From: Octopus vulgaris
Lineage: Eukaryota
Assembly (NCBI GenBank): GCA_951406725.2
Contig: OX597824.1
Location: 75,144,001-75,208,000 of the forward strand
DNA: 64,000 nt
Direction of reading: 5' to 3'
Within the stretch, counting starts at the first letter, position 1, and the number at the start of each line of letters is the position of its first letter. The translations under genes were made by a program, and so were the position numbers. Below, in pieces: positions 39,072 through 50,599 of the stretch. The notes under the pieces were generated by a model. That model saw only the letters and a list, made by a program, of their open reading frames with translations, was not told the DNA's origin and did not search any database.

Positions 39072-39169
<98 letters not shown>

Positions 39170-39545
39170 CATATATACATATACATGTATACACACACAC
39201 AAACACACAAGAACAGAAAAATAAAATTTGGAACAATGGTGATTGTAATTCTTTTTATTTTTTTATTATTATTTTGTTAAAGACCAGTAACTGTGTATGA
39301 GGTAAATAGGGGTGAAGGGGGAAGGTTATAAATGATTGAATGATCCACAGTATATTACTGGTAGTTATTCCTTTGGCTGTCGACAATTGCAAATGTGAGT
39401 TGACCCTGGAAAGAATTGAACTCAGAACTGGTGTGGATGAATTCCAGTAACGTGATGATGCTGTGTAGCCCTGTTACCAAGCCACCTACATCCCTCTTCA
39501 GACACACATACTCACGTATACATACATACGCACACACACACACAA

Positions 39546-39582
<37 letters not shown>

Positions 39583-39732
39583 CAAACACACAACAGACAT
39601 GGGCAAAACGTTGTAGTCAATGTCAACATATTCTGAATGTCATGTGCTTTGTGTATCGAGTGCTTCTCCAGTTAAAATTTGATTGTCTTTAGGTATATTT
39701 ATATATAAAACATACTCACAAAGTACATATGT

Positions 39733-40391
39733 GTAGGAGTGGCTATGTAATAAGTAGCTTGCTTACCAACCACATGGTTCCGGGTTCAGTCCCACTGCGT
39801 GGCACCTTGGGCAAGTGTCTTCTACTATAGCCTCGGGCCGACCAAAGCCTTGTGAGTGGATTTCGTAGACGGAAACTGAAAGAAGCCTGTCGTATATATG
39901 TTTACATATATATATTTCTTTACTATCCACAAGGGGCTAAACACAGAGGGGACAAACAAGAACAGACAAACGGATTAAGTCTATTATATCGACCCCAGTG
40001 CGTAACTGGTACTTAATTTATCGACCCCGAAAGGATGAAAGGCAAAGTCGACCTCGGCGGAATTTGAACTCGGAACGTAACGACAGACGAAATACGGCTA
40101 CGCATTTCGCCCGGCGTGCTAACGTTTCTGCCAGCTCGCCGCCTTTTTACATATATATGTTTACATATATATATATGTATGTGTGTATGAGTGTGTGCGT
40201 ATGTTTGTGTGTCTGTGTTTGTCCCCCCAACATCACTGGTGAGTTTACGTCCCCCGTAACTTAGCGGTTCGGTAATAGAGACCGATAGAATAGGTACTAG
40301 GCTTCCAAAGAATAAGTCCTGGGGTTGATTTGCTCGACTAAAGGCGGTGCTCCAGCATGGCCCCAGTCAAATGACTGAAACAAGTAAAAGA

Positions 40392-40392
<1 letters not shown>
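39733..40392 (+). mobile_element. SINE B with a nested SINE A (39913-40143, -)
   Basis: TTTACATATATAT duplicated around the nested copy. Confidence 0.88.
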
Positions 40393-40427
<35 letters not shown>

Positions 40428-40546
40428 ATCATACCAAGATAATAATCACTTGTAGGACATCTACTCTTTCTTACCAACTTCCAAGTGTGATTCCCTTTAG
40501 GATTGTTCATTAGAAATATAGACAGATATATGTATATATGATGATA

Positions 40547-40710
40547 GAGTGGCTGTGTGGTAAGTAGCATGCTTACCAACCACATGGTTCCGGGTTCAGT
40601 CCCACTGCGTAGCTACTTGAGCAAGTGTCTTTTACTATAGCTGGGGATTGACCAAAGCCGTGTCAGTGGATTTGGTAGACAGAAACTGAAAGAAGCCCGT
40701 CGTATATATG

Positions 40711-40767
<57 letters not shown>

Positions 40768-40938
40768 TTGTTTGTGTGTGTGTTTGTCCCTCCAACATCG
40801 CTTGATAACCGATGCTGGTGTGTTTAGGGCCCCGTAACTTGAGCAAGTGTCTTTTACTATAGCTGGGGATTGACCAAAGCCGTGTGAGTGGATTTGGTAG
40901 ACAGAAACTGAAAGAAGCCTGTCGTACATATGTATATG

Positions 40939-40973
<35 letters not shown>

Positions 40974-41162
40974 TTGTCCCACCAACATCGCTTGACAACT
41001 GATGCTTGTGTGTTTAGGGCCCCGTAACTTAGTGGTTCAGCAAATGAGACCGATACAATGAGTACTAGGCTTACAAAGAATAAGTCCTGCGGTCGATTTC
41101 CTTGACTAAAGGCGGTGCTCCAGCATGGCCGCAGTCAGATGACTGAAACAAGTAAAAGAGTA
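40547..41162 (+). mobile_element. SINE B with internal tandem duplication
   Basis: ACTTGAGCAAGTG...GGCCCCGTAACTT segment present twice. Confidence 0.85.
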
Positions 41163-42145
41163 GAAGAGTTTTTCTGGTCATCAGACAGTTGAGTAAAAGA
41201 GTAAACTCTCCTATCAAAGAAGATGTCTGAGAGTCCAGCTTTTTGCCGAACAACCTACACAAATGGTTTGTTTCTAGTGATCAAATGTTTGTCCTGCACA
41301 TTAGCTCACTCTCTCCATAAAATCGATGTTGTTTGAACTGGTGCACTTGTGTGCCACATGTTGGGTGTGTAAATCGATCGCAGAGCAACAGGAGATAATG
41401 TGATTTTGTTCAAGAACACAACACACCACCCAGTCTATATATATATATATATATATTCCTTCCCTTCTTTCCTGAGCGTCAAATAATACTTTAATTGTTC
41501 CACGTCCTCGCGTTGCTGTGTTTTTTTCTGTGTTTTCTTGTTTGGATTAACTTTATATATATATATATATATCATCATCATCATCATCATCATCATTGTT
41601 TAACGTCCATTTTCCATGCTATCATGGGTTGGACGGTTTGACTGAGGACTGGCAAGCCAGAAGGCTGCACCAAACTCCAATCTGATCTGGCAAAGTTTCT
41701 ACAGCTGGATGCCCTTCCTAACGCCAACCACTCCGAGAGTGTAGTGGGTGCTTTTTACGTGCCACCAGCATGTGTGTGCAGGTGCTTGTGCCTCTCCGAG
41801 AGAGGGACGGGGGAGGAGAGAGGGTTTGGGTGAAGCATTGTGTGATATTAGATTAGATAAAGACTTGTTAAAATTCCAAAACAGTGCAGAATTAATAAAA
41901 TAAAAATGTCTAAATGAAGCAACAGGTAATGTTTTACTTTGTATTACTTCAATATTTCAGCATTAGCTCACCTTCATCAGGACAACAGGTGAGAACTACA
42001 TAAGGCAGACCAGCAAGTCTATGTATGTCACTAACCTCTGCCACATATCTGAGAAGGGATAACACCTCTATATTATCTCCCATTTCTCCATGAGTCCTGA
42101 TGAAGTGGTTCTAACCCCTTCATCTCACAGAAATACAAGGTAGAA

Positions 42146-42351
42146 AGGTGACAAGCTGGCAGAAACGTTAGCACGCTGGGTGAAATGCTTAGCAGTATTT
42201 CGTCTTGTCGCTACATTCTGAGTTCAAATTCCGCCGATGTCGACTTTGCCTTTCATCCTTTCGGGGTCGATTAAATAAGTACCAGTTATGCACTGGGGTT
42301 GATATAATCGACTTCTCTGTGTTAAGCCCCTTGTGGGCAGTAAAGAAATAG
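42146..42351 (+). mobile_element. SINE family A with TSD
   Basis: AGAAATACAAGG on both sides. Confidence 0.85.
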
Positions 42352-42526
42352 AAATACAAGGAAGAACAGTAACTGCTGTGGTCTCACATCTGTATTTTAT
42401 TCAGACGTCTGTATTTTATTCCAGTAGACATGAATAATATACATACTGCATTTGGATGGTCAAATTATTTACTCAGTCCCCTGTGATTGAACATAAATGA
42501 TCACTGCAACAGATAATGCCTTAGTG

Positions 42527-43200
42527 CAGTATTTCTCAGCCATTTTTATATCTGTGGACCCTTCTGATTCCTATTTCAATCGGGTGGACCCTCATAGCCA
42601 TTCAGTATCTTAAAAAAGGCTTACAATACTCCTACACTTAAATATTATTAGGAATTGTATTAAAAAAAACTCTTAAAATATTTTGAGGCGTAGGAGTGGC
42701 TATGTGGTAAGTAGCTTGCTTACCAACCACATGGCTCCGGGTTCAGTCCCACTGCGTGGCATCTTGGGCAGGTGTCTTCTACTATAGCCTCGGGCTGACC
42801 AAAGCCTTGTGAGTGGATCTAGTAGACGGAAACTGAAAGAAGCCCGTCGTATATATATATTTATATATGTATGTGTGTATGTATATGTTTGTGCATCAGT
42901 GTTTGTCCCCCCCCACCCAACTTTGCTTGACAACCGATGCTGTTGTTCCTACATCCCCGTAACCTAGCGGTTCTGCAAAAGTAACTGATAAAATAAGTAC
43001 TAGGCTTACAAAGAATAAGTCCTGAGGGGCGATTTGCTCGACTAAAAGGCGGTGCTCCAGCATGGCCGCAGTCAAATGACCGAAACAGGTAAAAGAGTAA
43101 AGGGTAAAGTGTATTGTAGAAGAACAAGTAATTTATTGTACATAAATGTTTCATGGACCCCTAAGGGTTAATACGGACGGACCCTGGTTCAGAACCACTA
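42527..43200. mobile_element. hAT (Charlie-like) MITE with a nested SINE B (42686-43108)
   Basis: Termini CAGTATTTCTCAGCC and GGTTCAGAACCACTA; degenerate 8-bp TSD CCTTAGTG/ACTTAGGG; GGACCC subterminal motifs. Confidence 0.75.
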
Positions 43201-43409
43201 ACTTAGGGTGTCTGACCATAACTGACCAAAGGGGACTGACAAGCATAACTGTCCCTAACTAACCACTGCTGCTAATGCAGTGTTACTCTCGTCATTTAAC
43301 GCATTTTATTTGTGTGTGTGTGTGTGTGTGTTTCTCGGGGTTGGCTTTTGTGGTATTTTCATACTTACATTTCTGTGAAGAATACATTTAGATTATTATC
43401 AGTCACTGT

Positions 43410-43905
43410 TGTCATCGTCATCATCATCATCATCATCATCATTCTCTGCATAAACAATTACATTTCACACCAGCATCCATCCAACACCACCACCACCACC
43501 ACAACCACCACCACCACCATCACCACCACCACCACCACCACCACAACCACCACCATCACTACCACCACCACCACAATCAGCACAATAACTATCATCATCA
43601 TCATCATCATCATTCTCTGCATAGACAATTACATTTCACACCAGCATCCATCCACTACCACCACCACCACCATAATAATCATCATCATCATCATCACACC
43701 ACCACCACCACCACCACAATAATCATCATCATCATCATCACCACCACCACCACCTTTATTGAATCTCACCCACCAAATCTATTTCTGGCTCTGACAATCC
43801 AGGGTACAACCTCATAAGTAAATAGTCCTCACCACTGCAACAGTAACCATCATAATCATCATCATCATCATCATCATCATCACCAGAATCATCATCATCA
43901 TCATT
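43410..43905. repeat. (CAT)n/(CAC)n compound microsatellite with a duplicated spacer
   Basis: ATTCTCTGCATA.ACAATTACATTTCACACCAGCATCCATCCA occurs twice. Confidence 0.9.
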
Positions 43906-44015
43906 GACAGTCTTCTCGTCCTCATGCTTGATTCTATGTATTTTATGGTTTTTTTCCTTTTGTTTTTAAATTGTTTTTTTTTCTGTAATTCTTTCGGAGG
44001 GGGGGGGGGGCGCTT

Positions 44016-44273
44016 TTAAAACACAGGATATATTTTCATATGCAAGTAATCCTTGTCATCATTATCAACATCATCATCATTGCAAACACCGACGCCACTA
44101 TTGCCACGACGACCACCACCATTGACACCGATAATACTACCGCCAACACCAACACCACCACCACCATCGTCGTCGCTATCTTCGTGATAATTATTACCGT
44201 AATAATTATTTGCGGTTAGCGAGTAACGAGCCGGTGAGGGTGACGATGATTTGGACATGGACACAATATGAGG
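44016..44273 (-). CDS. Candidate host-gene exon (76-nt internal exon 44273-44198, or terminal exon to the stop at 44016); product unknown
   Basis: ~60-nt polypyrimidine tract ending TTCTCAG; only one frame open (PHIVSMSKSSSPSPARYSLTANNYYG...); possible donor G|GTAATA; CpG-rich unique sequence. Confidence 0.5.
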   Translation of the reverse strand, partial: PHIVSMSKSSSPSPARYSLTANNYYGNNYHEDSDDDGGGGVGVGGSIIGVNGGGRRGNSGVGVCNDDDVDNDDKDYLHMKIYPVF

Positions 44274-45004
44274 CTGAGAAAAAAAAAGAAAAAGAAAAAA
44301 ACAGGAGGAAAAAAGAAAATGAAAGCAAATAAATATAATAAACAAAAAAACATAAATAACAGAAATAAAAACTTAAATGGAAAGCATAAAAATAAACAAA
44401 ATACAATAAAGGCGTAAAAATAAATATAAATATACAAACACATTCATATATGTGCATACATAAATGTATGTATACATGCGTGGCTGTGTGGTTAGAAGTT
44501 TGCTTCCCAACTACATGGTTCCAGGTTCAGTCCCATTGTGTGGCACCTTGGGCAAGTGTTTTCTACTATAGCTTCGGGCCAACCAAAGCCTTGTGAGTGG
44601 ATTTGGTAGATGGAAACTGAAAGAAGCCTGTTGGATATATATATATATAAATGATAATTATAATAACATACATACATATAGCATATTATAGAATAATATG
44701 CTATATATATGTATGTTATTATATTTATCATTTTAATAAATAAATAAGTTAACATATTTAATGTCCTAAAGTTGGTGAACCAACTATTGTGCTTCTCCAT
44801 TTTCTCTTATTTGCAATATAAATTAATGGTAAAATATCTCTTTACCTTCACCCATTTAATACACTAGGTAAGTTAATTGCAATGCAATAAAATACACTTG
44901 TGTATTAATAATTGGGCATTATACCTACAGTATATTGGATAGATATTATCCCTTAGTGGGTTGGACCCCCACAACCCCTAGCTTTCTTGGAGTTACATAT
45001 ATAA

Positions 45005-45035
<31 letters not shown>

Positions 45036-45036
45036 A

Positions 45037-45600
45037 AGGCGCATGGCTTAGTGGTTAGGGCATTTGACTCATGATTGTAAGGTTGTGAGTTCAATTTCCG
45101 GCGAGACACTGTGTCCTTGAGCAAGACAGTTTATTTCACGTTGCTCCAGTCCACTCAGCTGGCAAAAATGAGTTGTACCTTAATTTCAAAGGGCTAGCTT
45201 TGTCACACTCTGTGTCATGCTGAATCTCCCTGGGAACTATGTTAAGGGTACACGTGTCTGTGGATTGCTCAGCCTCTTGCACGTTAATTTCATGAGCAAG
45301 CTATTCTATTCTGTTGATCATATTAGCTGGGACCCTCGTTGTAACTGATGGAGTGCTCCATATGTGTGTGTATGTGTTTGTGTGTATGTCTGTTTTCATC
45401 CCACCCGCCATCGTTTGACAACTAATGCTGGTGTGTTTATGTCCCCATACCTTAGCGGTTTGGCAAGAGAGACCGATAGAATAAGTACTAGGCTTACAAA
45501 GAATAAGTCCTGGGGTCGATTTCTTCAACTAGAAAAGCCTTTAAGGTGGTGCTCCAGCATGGCTACAGTCAGATGACAGAAACAAGTAAAAGAATAAAAG
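45037..45600 (+). mobile_element. SINE C variant followed by the 3' half of SINE B
   Basis: GGCGCATGGCTTAGTGGTTAGGG head; B tail GAAACAAGTAAAAG. Confidence 0.8.
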
Positions 45601-46002
45601 GGTTTGAATGACACTTCAGCTTTTGTTAAAGCATGTCCCTTGGAGGTCACTCTGATATAAAACCAGATATGCCAGGTATGGCACTGGACATTTTGGGGAA
45701 TCTTCTGCTTACACCTGACATCATGGCGGCATACTCACATCTCTGAGTCTGCCACCCATTTTGGTACTAGATTTCTTGCCTCAGTTTGTCTCTGGATGAT
45801 ATCAATAGGGTGGAGAGGATGCAAAGAATGGGTTGCCAAAGGTATCACTGCATGGCACCTTGGGCACATGAGTTGACCAAATCCAGACAAATGAAATTTG
45901 GTAAATAGAAATTTGTGTGGCACCTCTAAGGTTATATATATATATGTAAATATTTAGCTAGATGTGCGTGTACGTGCATGAGTGTGTATGAGCGCGTGTA
46001 TA

Positions 46003-46420
46003 TAGCATTGTCCTGCATTTGAGAATTTAAAATCACTTCTTTAACTTTCTAAGACATCTCAGCACTTCTAAAGCAAGCTTCGTTTGTTTGTTTACATTCA
46101 TCGTAATTTGAATTTAACAAATGATAGTGTCTCATAAAGCGAGATTTCTATATATCTTAAATTTACGGAAGAATTTGTGGTGTGGGCAGTTTAGCTTAAT
46201 TGGTTCAGAGCACTGCAACACGTAATCATGGAGGTGTGAGTTCGAGTCTCATAGCTGGCCGCCAACACTTTTTTCTGCAAAGTAGGGGTAGCTTATCCTG
46301 TTCAGACTATATTATTAGCATTATCCTGCGTTTGAGAATTTAAAATCACTTCTTTAACTTTCTAAGACATCTCAACGCTTCTAAAGCAAACTTCGTTTGT
46401 TTGTTTACGTTCATTGTACT

Positions 46421-46426
<6 letters not shown>
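46003..46426. repeat. 111-bp direct repeat, period 313 bp
   Basis: 46003-46113 closely matches 46316-46426. Confidence 0.9.
46184..46261 (+). pseudogene. tRNA-like pseudogene (CGT at the anticodon position; identity uncertain)
   Basis: A box TAGCTTAATTGG; T arm GTGAG-TTCGAGT-CTCAT; partial acceptor stem; anticodon stem broken; T6 at 46269-46274. Confidence 0.55.
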
Positions 46427-46489
<63 letters not shown>

Positions 46490-46760
46490 TGCATACATAT
46501 ATATACATATTCATACACACATGCGAGTAAGCACATAAATGCAAAACAAGGTGGAAAAAATAGTACTCAAATACCAAAGGTAGAGTAATATGCTTTTATA
46601 TTAAAGCTGCAAAAACATCATAAAACTGTTACTCAGAGTTTTACGTTTCCGTTTCTTGGACAGTTGTAATCAAGGCGGAAATAAAATTGCAATGGTACAT
46701 GTGATAATTGATTTGGTTTAATCCAATTTGGTGAATAAGCATTTGGATTTCATTGGATAA

Positions 46761-46974
46761 CTTATTTTCAAAACCTAAACAGTGTTGTATTTGCTAACAG
46801 TTGGGTGGGTTGGAGGTGTATAAATTGAACATGCATTACTCCCTTCTTCCCTCAAGGTTTTTTTTGTTGATATATAATATAATATAATATATTTATATTT
46901 TACTGTTCAATTTATACAGCCCCAACCTGCCCAACCATTAGAAAATATAACACCGTTTATATTTTGAAAATAAG
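46761..46974. repeat. Foldback with ~70-bp arms
   Basis: 46761-46832 is the approximate reverse complement of 46904-46974. Confidence 0.75.
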
Positions 46975-46996
46975 AAACCCAATCAAGACTATTGAA

Positions 46997-47640
46997 TGTA
47001 GTTTGTCTGTCGATGCAACGAAGACCATCTAGTCATCCTGGGGTGGGGGTTGACCTGTTTTGTGAGTCCGCAGATGGCTAGTGAGGCCAATCTGCGCCCG
47101 AATGAGTCTTTGACAGTGTGGACAGGGAATGGTAGCATCTGCTACAGGGTTGTTAGCTCTGTTCTTCCCGGCTTGTCTTCGGTCTTCTGCAGCAGCGATC
47201 CTATTGGTCTCGCATGTGTTGGCACCCTTGTGGACAGCTGATCACTACCCTTCTCTTTCTAGAGCAGACTGCTCCCAAGTGTCATGGTCGATGTTGAAGG
47301 CTTTCAGTGTGTCTTTAAAGTGCTTCTTCTGGCCGCCTTGTGAGTGCTTTCCCTTTTGCAGCTCGCTAAAGAGCAATCTTCTTGGTAATCGATCGTCTGA
47401 TATGCGAGCTACGTGCCCTGCCCAGTGAAGCTGAGACTGCATCAAGACTGGGCAGGTTAGCACGGATTAGTACCTCGGTGTCGGGGATCCTGTCCTGCCA
47501 CTTTATGCCAAGAAGTTTTCTGAGGCATATTGTATGAAAGTGGTTCAGCTTCCTGGCATGACGCTGGTAGACTGTCCAGGACTCACAGCCATAAAGCAGT
47601 GTTGTGAGAACAACAGCCCGGTACACCTTGATCTTTGTCT
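46997..47640 (-). mobile_element. RTE (BovB-like) LINE 3' end, 5'-truncated
   Basis: TKIKVYRAVVLTTLLYGCESW, LHWAGHVARISDDRLPRRLLFSEL and a C-terminal zinc finger; 12-bp TSD AAGACTATTGAA at 46985-46996 and 47746-47757. Confidence 0.92.
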
Positions 47641-47652
47641 TGATTTTTGTCA

Positions 47653-47839
47653 TAATTTAACACACTCGCCAGTAAAATTTCCACATATTTCTTATTCTTA
47701 TTTTCCGAAAATTTTCATTGTGTCTTGCAACCTTTTCAGTAGATAAAGACTATTGAAAAGGTTGCAAGACACAATGAAAATTTTCGGAAAATAAAAATAA
47801 GAAATAAGTGGAAATTTTACTGGTGAGTGTGTTAAATTA
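47653..47839. repeat. Near-perfect hairpin with 90-bp arms
   Basis: 47653-47742 versus 47750-47839, about 4 mismatches. Confidence 0.92.
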
Positions 47840-48321
47840 CAAGGCACAAAAAAAAAAATGACCCTCCCCAGACATAACCCAATCAAATTCAAATGCTTAT
47901 TCATCAAATTAGATTATATCAAATCATATATTACATGTACCAATTTTATTCCAGTTTTGATCAGAACTGCCTGATGAACAAAAATGTGAAACTCGGAGTA
48001 ATTTTGTGATGTTTCTGCAGCTTTAATAAAAAAAGTATACACACACACACACACACTGTATACTTGAGGGTGGAATTGGTTGGCCATTAGGCAAAAATAC
48101 ATTATTGTTATGTTCCTTTATACTAAGTGTGAATTTTGCCTTTCAACTTTTGATGGACATGTTGAAATAGAGAGCTACAGAATTGGAATTGATACAATTC
48201 ACATCAGAAACCCTGTACAGAAGTTGCTGAAGCCACTAAGAGATTAGAAAAATCATCTTCATCATCATTGTTTAACATCCATGTTCGATGTTAGCATGGG
48301 TCCGATATTTTGACAAGATCT

Positions 48322-48770
48322 TATTTCTTTATTGCCCACAAGGGGCTAAACATAGAGGGGACAAACAAAGACAGACAAAGGGATTAAGCCGATTACATTG
48401 ACCCCAGTGTGTAACTGGTACTTAATCTATCGACCCCAAAAGGGATGAAAGGCAAAGTCGACCTCGGCGGAATTTGAACTCAGAATGTAACGGCAGACGA
48501 AATACCACTAAATATTTCGACTGGCGTGCTAATGATTCTTATTTCTTTATTGCCCACAAGGGGCTAAACACAGAGGGGACAAACAAGGACAGACAAATGG
48601 ATTAAGTCGATTACATCAACCCCAGTGCATAACTGGTACTTAATTTATCGACCCCGAAAGGATGAAAGGCAAAGTTGACCTCAGTGGAATTTGAACTGAG
48701 AACGTAGTGGCAGACGAAATACCGCTAAGCATTTCGCCCAGTGTGCCAACGTTTCTGCCAGCTCACCGCC
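48322..48770 (-). mobile_element. Two tandem SINE A copies inside a family D element
   Basis: Head-to-tail copies; GACAAGATCT duplicated on the flanks. Confidence 0.85.
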
Positions 48771-49129
48771 CTTAGACAAGATCTGACAGGTTGGAAGACT
48801 GCATCATGCAAACTTGTCAGCCTTGATATGGCTTCTACAACTGGATGCCTTTCCTAACCCAACCACCTTACAGTGTGTACTGGATGCTTTTTTTCCCTGG
48901 CACCAGCACTAGTGAAGTTGCCATGCAGCAGTTTGCAAGACTAAGATGTCCTGAGTGTCACTACAACAGTGAGGACAACAGGGAGGGAGCTTTATGCTGG
49001 ATGTAGGGGGTGGAGGTTAATGTATGAGACATGGAGCTAAATCAGAATAGATAAATATCAGTCTCGGATTTTGGCACAAGCCACAATTTTGGGAAAGGAG
49101 ACAGTTTGATGACAGTGTTCCCAATGTTC

Positions 49130-49930
49130 ATCATCATTATCATCATCTTCATTTAACGGCCACTGTCCATGCTGGCATAGGTTGGACAGCTTGACCAGAG
49201 CTGGCAAGCCGAGGAGCTGCAGCGGACTCCAGTCTGATTTAGTGTGGTTTCTACAGCTGGATGCCCTTCCTAATGCCAACCACTTTACAGAGTGTGCTGG
49301 GTGCTTTTATGTGGCACTGCACAGGCACTTTTATGTGACACCATATGGGAGTTTTTACATGGCTCCAATGTGACCAACACAGGCACTTTTGCATGGTACC
49401 ACATAGGTGCTTTTAAGTGGTGTCACATGGACACTTTTACATGGCACTGCATGAGCTCTTTTACATGGTACTGCATGGGCGCTTTTACATGGCACACCAA
49501 ACAGGCACTTTTACATGGCACCACATGGGCGATTTTACATGGAACTGCATGAGCGATTTTACGTGGCACTGCAAGAGCACTTTTACATGGCACTGCATGG
49601 GTGATTTTACATAGCACTGCATGGGCGATTTTACACGGCGTCGCATGAGTGCTTTTGCGTGGTGTCACATGGGCACTTTTACATGGCACTACACAGGCGC
49701 TTTTACGTGGCACTGCATGAGGACTTTTGCATGGCATTGCATGGGTGCTTTTACGTGGCACTGCACAGGTACTTTTATGTGACACTGCATGGGTGCTTTA
49801 ACATGGTGCCACATGGGTGCTTTTACGTAGCACCATACAGACGCTTTTATGTGACACAATCACAAGCGCTTATGCCACCAGCAGGATTGGTCTTAACACT
49901 TCAGCTGCAGGGTACAGGTTTTCTTGAGTA
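49130..49930 (-). repeat. Family D element with an expanded 24-bp minisatellite (49300-49870)
   Basis: Unit ~GCTTTTACATGGCACTGCATGGGY, more than 20 copies. Confidence 0.85.
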
Positions 49931-50599
49931 TGGCCAGGTATCTCGGTCCTTTGTCAGACTGGAAAGGATGAAAGGCAAAGTGGACCTTGGCGGAATTTGA
50001 ACTCAGAACATACAGGAGAACAACATTTTATCTGACATGCTAAAGCTTCTGCCAGCTTGCCGCCTTTATATAGCTATACAGATTATAGAAGAGAGGGTAG
50101 GAGTGGCCAGGAAGGAGTTGGGAAGAGATAAAAAAATATTAAATTATATTGGATCCAAGTATTTAACCTGGTACCCTTACTTTATCAACTGCCCAAGGAT
50201 GCAGAGGAAAGGCAAAATTGATTAGAATGGGATTTAAGAGGTCCACCACCTGTTTATATATATAAGTGGATGCCACCAAACATCACAAGGTATTCTGCTG
50301 AATGCTCAACCAAATGAAGGGGGAGTTTTTTCCACACAGTTTTCATTTACAAATTTTGAAAACAAAATGCATAATAAAATATAAGGTAACATATAAACAT
50401 ATAAAAACAACATATACAAGATGCAAAAAAGAAAAATACAGAATACATATAAAACACAAGAAAAAATAAAGTAAAAAATATAATACATACAGACAAAAAA
50501 AAATTATATAAGTACCATCTTCATACCATGAAGTGAATAATTTTGGAATTGTTTTTCCTTCCGAGTAAGTACTGATAGCTTTGATCTATCTGGGGTTTA

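Larger units (their letters stand above)
46600..48035. repeat. Inverted pair of Penelope-terminal-like repeats (46600-46765 and 47872-48035), each with a degenerate hammerhead
   Basis: Reverse-complement homology; right copy CTGATGA-ACAAAAATGT-GAAA-CTCGGAG-TA; left copy keeps stem I AACTGT/ACAGTT. Confidence 0.6.

Noticed and set aside
41940-42140. CTGATGAAG motifs on both strands (41973-41981 minus, 42097 plus) and CTGATGA at ~41180 minus
   Set aside because: No convincing stems I and III could be built; one is disrupted by a SINE. They may be very old hammerheads but are unsupported.
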